Assembly: GCF_036365525.1 (NCBI RefSeq)
Contig: NC_090400.1
Coordinates: 47,389,138-47,453,137 of the forward strand
Source: Heterodontus francisci
Lineage: Eukaryota
Reading direction: 5' to 3'
Length of the DNA stretch: 64,000 nt
Part shown: positions 11,101 through 21,619 of the stretch, piece after piece
How the letters are laid out: every line of letters starts with the position of its first letter
Numbering within the stretch: the first letter of the stretch is position 1
Notes under the pieces: generated by a model
Told to the model about the DNA's origin: nothing
The model's database searches: none
Seen by the model: only the letters and a program-made list of their open reading frames with translations
Program-made: the position numbers and the translations under genes

Positions 11101-14100
11101 TTGTCTAGGTTTTCTGTCAGTCAAAGGCTGTTGTTTTCTCATAATATGCTTCAGTCAGGAGGAAGGAGCTGAGCAAACTGAATTCTGCACAAATTTGGAA
11201 CGTTTCACTCTAACCTTAATTGAATAGAAATGACCATGCCAGTTACTCTCCTTAACTTCGAATTCAGAAAATTTGCAAAGGATGCTAAGTTCTTGTAATA
11301 CTTGGTATCCTTTTGAAAATGTCATGGAGAGTGTAAAAATTATAGTAACAAAAGTTCTTGTAATACTTTTGTTACTATCAGTTGTACATTCTCTGATATT
11401 GCCATTTCACGGTTCATTTCCCAAATTCATCAGCAGCCTCTCCTTTTTAGCCTGCTTAGGTATGGTATTCTGGGCTCTACATTCTCATGGTTATTTCCAA
11501 TGTCACTGCAAGATCTTCTGCCAGGAAAGGATAGGTCAGTCTTTCACCCTTCTCCCCACAATGGAGGACTTCAGCATTGCCAAGTGAACTAAGCTGCTGA
11601 GAACTGCCCTTGGTGTGAGCCAGTGTCAATCAGTGCCTGCTTGAGGTCATAACCGGTCAGTGGGAATCCACATCTCAAACAGTGCAACCCATCACAATGT
11701 TGATTTTTGTTCAAACTGATCTTAGTGCCCCTTATCGTCCTCAATATTATAAAGGGAGACCTTGGCACTCTCTGTCCTCCCTGGGTGCACGTTTAAAACT
11801 GCTGGACAAGTGCAACCTTGATACAGATTTTCACCCCTATTCAGTGGTTAAACTGAGCTCTGGAATAGTTTTCTGACTTGGAGCCAACCTCTCCCCACCT
11901 TCCCTGACTAGTGTGTCCCTTTCCAATTTCCTGCTCATCCCCACAAGACTCTTGAGTCTCCTCCAAACCCTGGGTCTGTTCCATGACTAGTCACTCACTC
12001 TATGTAAGAATTTCCTCCAAGTCTCAGGCCTCTCCTGCTGCCAGTCTCCCACTCCTCTTCATGGGAGTGCCCAGCCTTTTCTGACTTCCTCTTACTTGAG
12101 TATTTAAATAATGGAACTATCAACATTGATATTAACATATAACACAGATGAATGCAATTCAGTAAAGAGATAAAGAGCAAAGAAAGAATTTGCATTTATA
12201 TAGCGCCTTCCCCCACCTCCGGTCATCTCAAAGAACTTCACCAACAATGAAGTACTTTTGACCTGTAATTGCTGCTGTCATGTAGGAAACGTAGAAGCTA
12301 ATTTGTGCGTAGCAAGATCCCACTAACAGCAATGTGATAATGACCAGATTATCTGTTTTAATGGTGTTGGTTGAGGGATAAATCTTGACCAGACACTGGG
12401 GAAGCTCCCCTGTTCTTTGAATAGTGCTGTGGGATCTATTATGCCCACTTGAGAGGGCAGATGGGGCATCAGTTTACCATCTCATTTGAAAGATAACACC
12501 CCCAACAGTCCAGCACTCCCTCAGCACTGCACTGACCATCTGCCTAGGTTGTGTGCTCAGTTCTCTGAAGTGAACTGACGATCTTCAGATTCAGAGGCAA
12601 AAGAGCCAAGGCTAACACTGGTAGTAATTAAAGGAGCTGACAGGGGATATCGGAAGTGGGTTATAGTGAGAGCGTAAGAAATGGGAGCATGTGCACGTTA
12701 TAAGGTGCATCGAATCTGCTCCACAATTCACTAAGATCATGGCTGAACTTTTACATCAACTCCACTTTCCCGCCTGATCCCCATATTCCTTGATTCCCTG
12801 AGGAAAGCTGGAAAGCAATGCAGAAAGAGTATAGGAGTAAAACGGGAAATACCATTTATGAATAGGTTTCATCTGCTGGTTTACGCAAGGCATGTCACAC
12901 AGGAAAAGGGCCAAAGAATTGAGGAGAAGTCTGCGCAATTTGTTGGGTGCTGTACAAGTGAAAACCTTGGGGATCTAGGGTAAAATATGGAGACTGGACA
13001 TGACACTGAATAAATAGTAGGGAACAAAGATGAGTGGAGTATCCCAGAGTGCTTGGATCCTTGTCTTGTATCAACATAAATGACCTTGAAGAAGTTTACT
13101 GTGGATTTCTGCTTTCAATGTTCAGACAACTCTAAGATAAAGCAAAAAGGGCAGAGGATGCAGTTAACTCTGAAGAAGCATTTAAATCACCTTCGCAGCT
13201 AAGTAAACACATTAAATTTAATACTGTCAAATAAAGCATATACCATATTGGGTGAGACCACACCTAGAGTACTGTGTACAGTTTTGGTCTCCTTATTTAA
13301 GAAGGGATATACTTGCATTGGAGACAGTTCAGAGAAGGTTCACGAGGTTGATTGCTGGGATGAAGGAGTTGTCTTATGAGGAAAGGTTAAGCAGTTTGGG
13401 CCTATACTCATTGGAGTTTAGAAGAATGAGAGGGAATTTTATTGAAACATATAAGATTCTGAGGACACTTGACAGGGTAGATGCTGAGAGGATGTTTCCC
13501 TTCGTGGGGGAATATAGAACTAGGGGGCACAGTTTCCGAATAACAGGTCTACCATTTAAGATGGAAATGAGGAGAAATTTCTTCTCTCAGAGGGTCATTA
13601 ATCTTTGGAATTCTCTACCCCAGAGAGCATTGGATGCTGGGCCATTGGATATATTCAAAGTTGAATTGGACAGATTTTTGATTTACAAGGCAGTCAAGAA
13701 TTATTGGGGGCAGGCAGAAAATTGGAGTTGAGGCCACAATCAGATCAGCCATGATTTTATTGAATGGTGCAGCAGACTCTAAGGGCCAAAATGGCCTACT
13801 CCTGCTCCTATTTCTTATGTTCTTATGTGAAAAGTGAGTGATCAACCATCTGTTTTTGGTGGTGTTGGTTTGAAGGATAAAGGTTGGCCAGGACATTCTG
13901 CTCTCCCAAATTTCCTTTTTAGGGGAGTTCCGTTTTCCAATGTACACAGTGACATGTAACAGAGGTCTCACAATATTGGCACTGATGATTTTTTTTCTTT
14001 TAATTCCACAGCTGGACCTCAGATACTTCTGTTTATCTTAATTTTAATTATGATTCTACTTTTCTGTACTGTTGTGATCATCCTACTGATTTACTTGAAA

Positions 14101-17100
14101 AAAAGTGAGTATTTGCTGTTACAAGTTCTGTGCAGTTAGTCTAGCTGATGCTGTCTCTTGACCTTCACAATAATCACCTTTACTATTAAACTCTGTATAA
14201 ACACTTTTCAATAACATTTTAGTTTGGAAATTCAGACCAGAGAGGAACTTTCATAGAATTACATAGAATATGCAGCACAGGAACAGGCCATTCAGCCCAA
14301 CTAGTCTGAGCTGGTGTTTCTATTCCACGCAAGTCTCCTCCCATTCCATCTACTTCATCTCAATCTTTCAGCATATCTTTCTATTCCCTTTTCTCTCATG
14401 TACTCATCTAGTTTCCTTTTGATAGCATCTAAGCTATATTATGTCAGGGATACAGAGGTCCTACAAACTCAACCATGAGCAAAATCAATGTAGATTTATA
14501 AATGTGTCTTGGCTTGTAGTTTTGAACAAGATATTGGGAAACTTGTTATGAAGTTATGAGTTTCACAAGATTTGTAAATCTAGGGCTGCCATGTCAAGAT
14601 TAGTTTTCTAAGAAATTTTCTATTTCTTAACAAATAGCTTTATTAGGGCCAGATGGAATTTTAGTTGTTTAACTGGTAATGATGCAGATCATCTTTACAA
14701 ATGAAACACCAAAAAGAGTCAAAGACATTTTAGAATTACAAAAATGAGATGTTTTGTGTGTTTGCAAAAACACAGAGCCATCAGAACATTGAATGATCTG
14801 TTTGAAAGAGCAATATCAAGTTTTATTGGAATGCTGTGTCAGTGATTGGCTTTTATTGAGGGCACTGGTGGTTGTTGAAGATTATTTGGGTTGATTGCTT
14901 AAGAGGAGGTTGTGATGGGGTGCAACAGACTGTGTGAAAGGGGCTAGTGGTGATGTGATTATGTTAGAGCAGCTTTAGCTGGTATTTTCATTATAGAATG
15001 ATAGCAGTAACAGTTTCCTGGATGGTATGACTAGGAGGTCCTTATACCCTTGCTACCAAGTGGACTTTGGTGCAGGGAACCCAGCAGGTTAAAAACACCA
15101 GTATCATCATCAACATCCTTTACTATAGTGAAATATCTAAAGGCACTTCACAGCTAGGGATGGAAGGACATTGTGCAGCAGTTTGGGAAAACAGGGATGA
15201 TGACTGAAGATGTAGGTGAAGAGGTACATTTTCAGGGACTTTTTAAAGTGTGGAGAAATCGAGCAAGATTGAGGAGTTTAGGAAGAGGTCAGGGGTGTGA
15301 TGGTTGAATTCTCTGCCACTGATGCTGGGTTGGAAGGAGTGGGATGCATCGTAGATCAGTAGTAGATCAATATTGGAAGAGTACAGGATGTGAGATGGGA
15401 CATGGGGCTGGAGGAATTTGCAGAGGCAGAATGGGACAGAGTCAGGGAGTATTTAGCAAGCAAGGATTTTGAAATCTGGGTATGTTGGCAAGGACAGCAC
15501 CTTAGTACCAGAAAGGATCAGTGCACTGAGAAGTGAAACATAGAGGTGACAAAGATATGGATGAGAGTTTCAACACCATTGGAGGTGAGGTAGTGACAGA
15601 GGCAGGCATTGTTACAAAGGTGGAAATGGGCAGCCTTGTTGATGGATATGATTTGTGAATTGAAGCTCAGCTCAAGATGCCTACATCAGCCATCTAATAA
15701 TGTCCAATTTATTTTCAAGTCTAAATACTCAGTGGGAGTGCAGCAGTTAAACAAAAGACTCGCGGAGCCAGATTTTTAGCTTACTCACTTAAAAGAAGAA
15801 TAGAAAGGTGCTTTGACTGATATCAGCAGTGAAATTCTGTTTGCTACATGATGTGGTTGTGCTGATATGAGTTCTTAATGACTCTCTGTCCTTTCCTTTG
15901 CAGTCATGGAAAGAAGCAAGGTAAGAGAATTATAATTTGAGTTTTATTAGTGTCACAAAGTCTCACATAGAAAACCTGTAAGAAACTGATAAAGGTCATT
16001 TTAGTCAGATATAATGTGTAGAGATCACTTAATATATTGGGGAATGTAGCTGTGTTCTTTTTACCTCTGACGGTCTTGCTGTTGCATGGTTCCACGAGCA
16101 TCGGTCAACCTCCAAAATCCAACTGGTCATTCATTCCGAATTGACTAATCTGAGCTGGAGCATGAGTAGGGTTCTACAGTATTCCTGGTCTAGCAAAGGC
16201 TAAAGGGTTCAACATTCCAAGGGATCCCACAGAGTGGTAAATGGGTACCACCAGCAGTAGTGCAGTTAGGATGGACCATTAGAACATGAGTAGCCCCTTA
16301 AGCCTATTCTGTCATTCAGTGAGATCATGTGTCCTAACTTCCATCACCCACCTTGGCTCCATATCGCATCATATCCTTGGCTAACAAGAATTTATCCATT
16401 TCAGATTTTAAATTATTAATTGACTAGCATCTACTGCTTTTTGTGGGACGGATTTCCACACTTCTGCTACCCTTTTTATGTGAAGAAGTGTTTCTGAACT
16501 TCTCTCCTGAATGGCTTGGCTCTGATTTTAAGGTTATGTCCCCTTGTCATAGACTCGCCCACCAGCAGAAAAAGTTTCCCTCTATCTAACCTACCACTTC
16601 CTTTCAAAATCCTAAAAACCTCAATCAAATCACCCCTTAATCGTCTTTATTCTGGGAAATACCAGCCCAGTTTATGTAACCTCACCTCATAATTGAACGC
16701 TTGGAGCTCTGGTGTCATTCTGCTGAATCTGCACTGCACTCTTTCCTTGCAATTCTAGGATATGGTGCCCACAACATTCTGGATGTGAGATAACCAGGGC
16801 TTTGTATAGATGTACCAAACTTCCTCCCCTTTATATTCTAGCCTTCTGGATATAAAGGCTAACATTCCATTATCTTACTTGATTATTTTTTATGCCTACA
16901 TTTTAGTGATCTGTGTACATGGTGTCTAAATCTCTTTGTATCGCCACTGTTATGAGCTTTCTGCCATTTAAAAAATACTCGGTTCTGTCCTTCATCAGAG
17001 TTTTGCATAATGGGTTTTGGAAAGCATGATGCGTTTTTGGAAGGCTTTTAATGGCTAGGAAAAAGTAATAAGATAGTGAGATTTATCAAGGGCATTAAGG

Positions 17101-17722
17101 GAGTAGGACTTGGGTCACTGATGGGTCTGCCACTGTTAGTGGGGTGGAAGAAGATGCAACAGGGGGCCAGAGTCAGAGGCCTGAGGGGAACGTGCTGGGC
17201 TGCAGGAATGGAGTTAATTGCAGAGATGGGGGTTTGCTGAGTCCATGATTAGATGAGGAGCTTTTGAAAATCAATGCTTTGGGAATCAGAAAACCATTGG
17301 GCGTTAGTGAAGATGGAGATGATTGTTGCAAGGGACTTAATGCAGGCCAAACTGTGGGTAGTGAAACTTTGAGTTGTAGATGAAATGCAGGAAACCAGTG
17401 AAGAGGACTCTTGAGAGTTTGAGTCTGGAGCGGTTAAGGGTTTCCACAATGATGAGGTAGAGGAGGAGTTAGGTGTTGCTGTGGGGGTGGAAGTAGGCGA
17501 TCTTATTGATAGGTAATACTTAGAGTTTGAAATTCAGCTCAGGTTGAATCAGCAATTTAAACCACGTCATCAAAATGAATATGATTTAATAAAGTTTTTA
17601 ATTCCCTCATCGTTTAACTTTGCTTTTGTGAACAGCTCTGCATTCATTAATACCACCATGTGCTGTTATAGTATTTTCCAATGTTCTTCCTTTTATTTCT
17701 TCAACAGAAGAAGCCATACTGA
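4958..17722 (+). CDS. TAPBPL: Tapasin-family protein (tapasin-related / tapasin-like), spliced gene of ~419 aa without its first (signal peptide) exon
   Basis: Seven exons with canonical AG/GT sites and consistent phases (1,1,1,1,1,0) give N-domain + IgV + IgC1 + TM + tail ...IMERSKKKPY*. Tapasin-family motifs: LDCxFxEE..RxALLL, CEISR, WRYQHKG, GNASL, DEGSYTC, YYPLDV, HKRNMDGTYS, YTCRVEHASL. Symbol is family-level; orthology to human TAPBPL is not established. Confidence 0.9.
6273..6716 (+). mobile_element. tRNA-headed Deu-domain SINE (SacSINE1-like) with L2-type tail
   Basis: Head gtgtcagctgtggcttagtgg, core ctattttgaagg...ctggccaatatt...tgctgtgcacaaattggctgc; many copies in the window. Confidence 0.7.
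7185..7472 (+). CDS. TAPBPL: Tapasin-like exon: second half of N-terminal domain
   Basis: tttacag|AGTCTTCA ... GTTCAAG|gtaatg; LDCEISRHSTFGIHVPWP...IWFTVTIKH. Confidence 0.9.
7751..8089 (+). CDS. TAPBPL: Tapasin-like exon: IgV-set domain
   Basis: ttgttag|TGAGCTAC ... GTTATGG|gtaaga; LILDCGY..DWRYQHKG..GNASLRI..DEGSYTCSV. Confidence 0.93.
8760..9100 (-). mobile_element. Deu-domain SINE copy
   Basis: Reverse-complement match to the 6273-6716 element. Confidence 0.6.
10350..10676 (+). CDS. TAPBPL: Tapasin-like exon: IgC1-set domain
   Basis: tttgtag|AGTCACCC ... GTAGAAG|gtaagc; LECEAGHYYPLDVAVKW..DGTYSVTS..YTCRVEHASL. Confidence 0.93.
12180..12620 (-). mobile_element. Deu-domain SINE copy
   Basis: Reverse-complement match to the 6273-6716 element, including tail (ttgcatttatatagcgcctt). 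Confidence 0.7.
13240..13830 (+). mobile_element. CR1 LINE 3' fragment
   Basis: ORF 13252-13731 (RPHLEYCVQFWSP..LYSLEFRRMRG..RNFFSQRVINLWNSLP) and tail ctcctatttcttatgttcttatg. Confidence 0.9.
14012..14104 (+). CDS. TAPBPL: Tapasin-like exon: transmembrane segment
   Basis: ttccacag|CTGGACCT ... AAAAAAA|gtgagt; AGPQILLFILILIMILLFCTVVIILLIYLKK; phase 1-1. Not in the ORF track. Confidence 0.88.
15100..15680 (-). mobile_element. Old L2 LINE 3' fragment
   Basis: Degenerate reverse-complement similarity to the L2 at 55440-56108. Confidence 0.5.
15904..15920 (+). CDS. TAPBPL: Tapasin-like 17-nt cytoplasmic micro-exon (IMERSK)
   Basis: Strong polypyrimidine tract ctctctgtcctttcctttgcag|TCATGGAAAGAAGCAAG|gtaaga; converts phase 1 to phase 0. 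Confidence 0.75.
16280..16990 (-). mobile_element. Degenerate CR1 LINE 3' fragment
   Basis: Antisense CR1 C-terminal coding sequence and tail (atcaccccttaat, ttatgtccccttgt). Confidence 0.7.
17708..17722 (+). CDS. TAPBPL: Tapasin-like last coding exon (KKPY*); exon continues to donor at 17744
   Basis: tttcttcaacag|AAG AAG CCA TAC TGA ... CAGC|gtaagt; gives a C-terminal KKXX motif. Confidence 0.8.
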   Translation, partial: KKPY

Positions 17723-17764
17723 ACATTGGAAAAGAGGATTCAGCGTAAGTATAAGGACGTATTG

Positions 17765-18242
17765 GAAAGTAAGACCTTGTGTTTATATTGACCTTTAGCA
17801 TGTTCTTGGAGCATCCCAAAGTGCTTCACAACCAATAAATTACTTCGAGGTAACAAACGACATGGCTCAATGGGCTGAACGGCCTCCTTCTGTGCCCTAA
17901 ATTACTCTATGACTCTAATTGCAGGCAAATACATGAGGAAACTTGTGCACAGCAACATTCCGCAAAGAGCAAATGAACGAATGACTAATCTATTTTAATG
18001 TTGTTGGTTGAGGGAGGAGTGTTGACCAGGACACTGGACCAATTCACTGCTCTTCAAATAGATGCTTTACATCTACTTGAACCAATGGAAATGGAGGGTA
18101 GAGTCTCCATTTAATGTCTCATCTGAGAGATGACAACTCTAATAACACATCACTTCATCAGTACTCTGTTGAAGTGTCAGCCTATAAGCTACAAACCTCT
18201 GACTCAGTGACAAGAGTGCTACTGACTGAGCCAGACTGACTA
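17765..18242 (-). mobile_element. Deu-domain SINE copy with an inserted CR1 tail piece
   Basis: Match to the 12180-12620 copy; insert gggctgaacggcctccttctgtgc near 17870. Confidence 0.55.
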
Positions 18243-18867
18243 AGCATGAATATTACTTTCGTCTGTACTCGTCTTGAAACTCATGGTCACTGATGAGTGA
18301 CAGAATTTATGTCAAACCCGTGACTGGTCAGAGGATAAGGCTCATCTGGCCCTGATCCAGGTGGTTCGATCTTCTGTACTGATCCAGAGCAGGTTGTGTT
18401 GCCAACCATGTACAGATCAGTCTATTATTGGCAAGTTCATACCTGGATTGTTCTCCTCTTCCATCTCCTGCAGTTTGCTATAGTAGTGGAGAACTAGTGC
18501 CGCTATCATCTGCTGCTTACGTTAAAAGTTAGATACCATCCAGATGCCTGAGCTCTATTTTTCCCAACCAAAAAAGTAATCGGGAGCCGGCAGTATAACT
18601 CCAGTCTGCTGGCCACATGTTGTTGTAAGCAGTGGCTGGTTTTAAACCAATACTTGTCGTACACTAAATTTCTATACAGTTTCCTGCTGCTACTGCTCTG
18701 TGAAGACAACTGCCCATTAATGTCATTCATCAGACAAGGCTAATAGCAAGACCAGGCACAAGTGACAGCTCTTCAGTCAGTTTGCTTCAGAAATTTAGTC
18801 AAAGGTAGCAGTCTCTGTATTACAGATGTACAATGAACCCCACAGTGTGTGTGTGTTAGAGAAATAT

Positions 18868-19467
18868 AGGCCGGAATTTTCTGGGCCCTTTGGGAGGTGG
18901 GAAGGCATCGGGGGTTGCCATTTTGCCAGCAGTGGGAAAGTTGGTGGCTCGGATGCTTAAGTGGCCAACTAAGGGTCACTCCCAGCCTCCGCGGGCATTT
19001 TGCCCATATCGGGAGGGCAATGCTTGAAATCTAGCGGCCTCCCAGCAGGCTTCGGTGGGGGGGGCTCCTTTATGGACACTCCATGGCTCACAGAGGGGCC
19101 TCCCTCTGTGGCAAGAGCATCACTGACTCTCAGTGTCACACCGCCCCCACCTGATCACCAGAGCCTGCCTACCTCGCCCCCATGTCCCCCAGCCCCACTT
19201 ACCTGCCTTTGAGGACGATTGGCCACTGAGGCGCCCTCTGCCTGCAGCTGCAGCCTCAGCAATGGGCACCACTAGAGGTGGTACTGCTGAGGCTGCTAAC
19301 CTATCTGCCCTCTGATTGGGCTGGCAGTTCTTGGGGGCGGGCTGCTGTCCTTAATCGGCCACCACCAGCAAAACGCTGCCCCACGACCCGCCACCCAGGG
19401 AAGCAGGGTTGCCTCTCGATTTTCGCTCCAACGGCAGGATTTCAGCCATCTCTATAAAATTCAGCCC
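18868..19467. mobile_element. GC-rich MITE, PIF/Harbinger-like termini
   Basis: Terminal inverted repeat AGGCCGGAATTTT / AAAATTCAGCCC; internal motifs shared with the 51702 and 53280 elements. Confidence 0.6.
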
Positions 19468-19790
19468 ATTGTTTTAACATCTCATCTGAAAGATGTCATC
19501 CCTTACAATACAGCACTTCCCCATTACTGCACTGTCAGCCTAGATTATCTGCTCAAGTCTCTGGAGTGGGACTTCCTCGCTCAATGGTACCACTGAGTCA
19601 AGACTGACACTTCCAGGTGTTCCAAACTTGGCCATTCTTTGTTGTCAGGTTTCTGACTATATGCAAAAAGAATACAATATTGGTGATTCATTTTGTGCGA
19701 TATGTTTTCAAGTGAATGTCATTGAACGTGACGTTATTGATTGGATGTGAATGGAACCAACATGACTAATTCTTCTTTTTCTTTTACTAG

Positions 19791-20225
19791 GAGTGATAAC
19801 ATTAGCCTACTGAAGTGGGCTGAACTACCTTGACCCAGCTGACTGGACGTTACCTATTGCTTTGTTGGCCTCCCCTTAAAGATGTTAAATCCCAACTCCA
19901 TTCCCAAAAAAGTAATAGAGAGCCAAACCTGACTTTGAACGAAAGCTGGCTGATTATGTCAATGATCGCTAGTGAGAATATTCACAGGTTGGGACTGGAG
20001 GTTGAGTATGATGCAGAAGTGGCTGACTTGTGACTTCCTAGAGAAAGTAGAACTTTTCAGGCGATGTGTTTCTGCCTACAGGTTCTGTCAAGGCCTTTCT
20101 TGTGCACAGTGTGTCCAGATTGCCTTGAATGTCACTGTTAAACCAGTTTGCTAGAGCCTGGCCTGCTGGTTACATCCTCATTTCTTTCCCCCCCATTCAA
20201 TTAAAAAGAAAAATTCCATCTCTTT
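19791..20225 (+). other. Probable terminal (3'UTR) exon of the tapasin-like gene
   Basis: Branch-like gactaat, then tcttctttttcttttactag acceptor at 19789-19790; ATTAAA at 20200-20205; 3' end uncertain. Confidence 0.6.
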
Positions 20226-20509
20226 AAGGTCAAGCCCCCTTTCCAAACATGGGGACATAACCTTAAAATTAGAATTTGGCCATTCAGGGGTGATTTATGA
20301 AGCACTTCTTCACACAAACTGGGAATTTGGAACTTGCTCCCTCAAAGTTGGTGAGGCGAGGTCAGCTGAAAATGTGAAAACTGAGGCAGATAGATTTTTG
20401 TTAGGCAAAAGTATTAAGGGTTTTGGAACTAAGCGGGTAGATGGTGTTCATGATCAATATGCCAGCTCTATTTGAATGAGGAACAGGCTTGAGGGGCTGA
20501 ATGGCTTTT

Positions 20510-21500
20510 AGAACCTTAGAAAAGTTACAGAAAGAGGCCATTCAGCCCATCATGTGTGTGCTGGTTGAAAAAAACTAGCCGCCCATTCTAATCCCACCTT
20601 CCAGCAGCTGGTCCATAGCCTTGCAGATTACAGCACTTCAGGTGCATGTCCAGGTACATTTTAAATGAGTTAACGGTTTCTGCCTCCACCACTGATCCAG
20701 GCAGTGAATTCCAGACACTCACCACCCTCTGGGTGAAAAAGTTGTTCATCATGTCCCCTCTAATCCTTCTACCAATCACCTTAAATCTGTGGCCCCTGGT
20801 AATTGACCTCTCTGCTAGGGGAAACAGGTCCTTCCTGTCTCCTCTATCTAGACCCCTCATAATTTTATACACTTCAGTTAAGTGACCCCTCAGCCTCATT
20901 TGTTCCAAGGAAAACAACCCGAGCCTATCCAATCTTTCCTCATCGCTGTAATTTTCAAGCCCTGGCAACATTCTTGTAAATCTCCTCTGTACTCTCTCCA
21001 GAGCAATTATGTCCTTTCTGTAATGCGTTGACCAGAACTGTCTGCAATACTCAACTATGACCTAACCAGCTTTTTGTACAGTTCTGGCATTACATCCTTG
21101 CTTTTGTATTCTATAGCTTGGCCAATAAAGGAAAGCATTCTATATGCCTTCTTCACCACTCTATCTACCTGTCCTGCCACCTTCAGGGACCTGTAGAATT
21201 GCACTCCAAGGTTCTCACTACTTCTACCCCTCTCAATATCCTCCCATTTATCGTGTATTCACTTTCTTTGTTTGCCCTCAAATACATTACCTCACACTTC
21301 TCCGGATTGAATTGCATTTGCCACTTTTCCACCCACTCAACCAAACCATCGATATCATTCTGGAGTCTACAGCTGTTGTCCTCACTGTCAACTACATTTT
21401 TTGTATCATCTGCAAATTTCCCAATAATGCCTCCCACCTTTAAGTCCAAATCATTAATATATACCACAAACAGCAAGGGACCCAACACTGAGCCCTGTGG
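20510..21500 (-). mobile_element. CR1 LINE, 5'-truncated
   Basis: ORF pieces LGPLLFVVYINDLD..KFADDTK and LGLFSLEQ..FFTQRVVSVWNSLP. Confidence 0.9.
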
Positions 21501-21619
21501 CTTTTCCTGTTGTTATGTTCCTTTAAGTTCCCTGTGCCATGTCCTATTCTTGACAACCTGTTCCTGCGCCTTCTTTCCATTTTCCTCCCCGCTGCCCCCA
21601 TACCCCTCTCTTCAATTTT

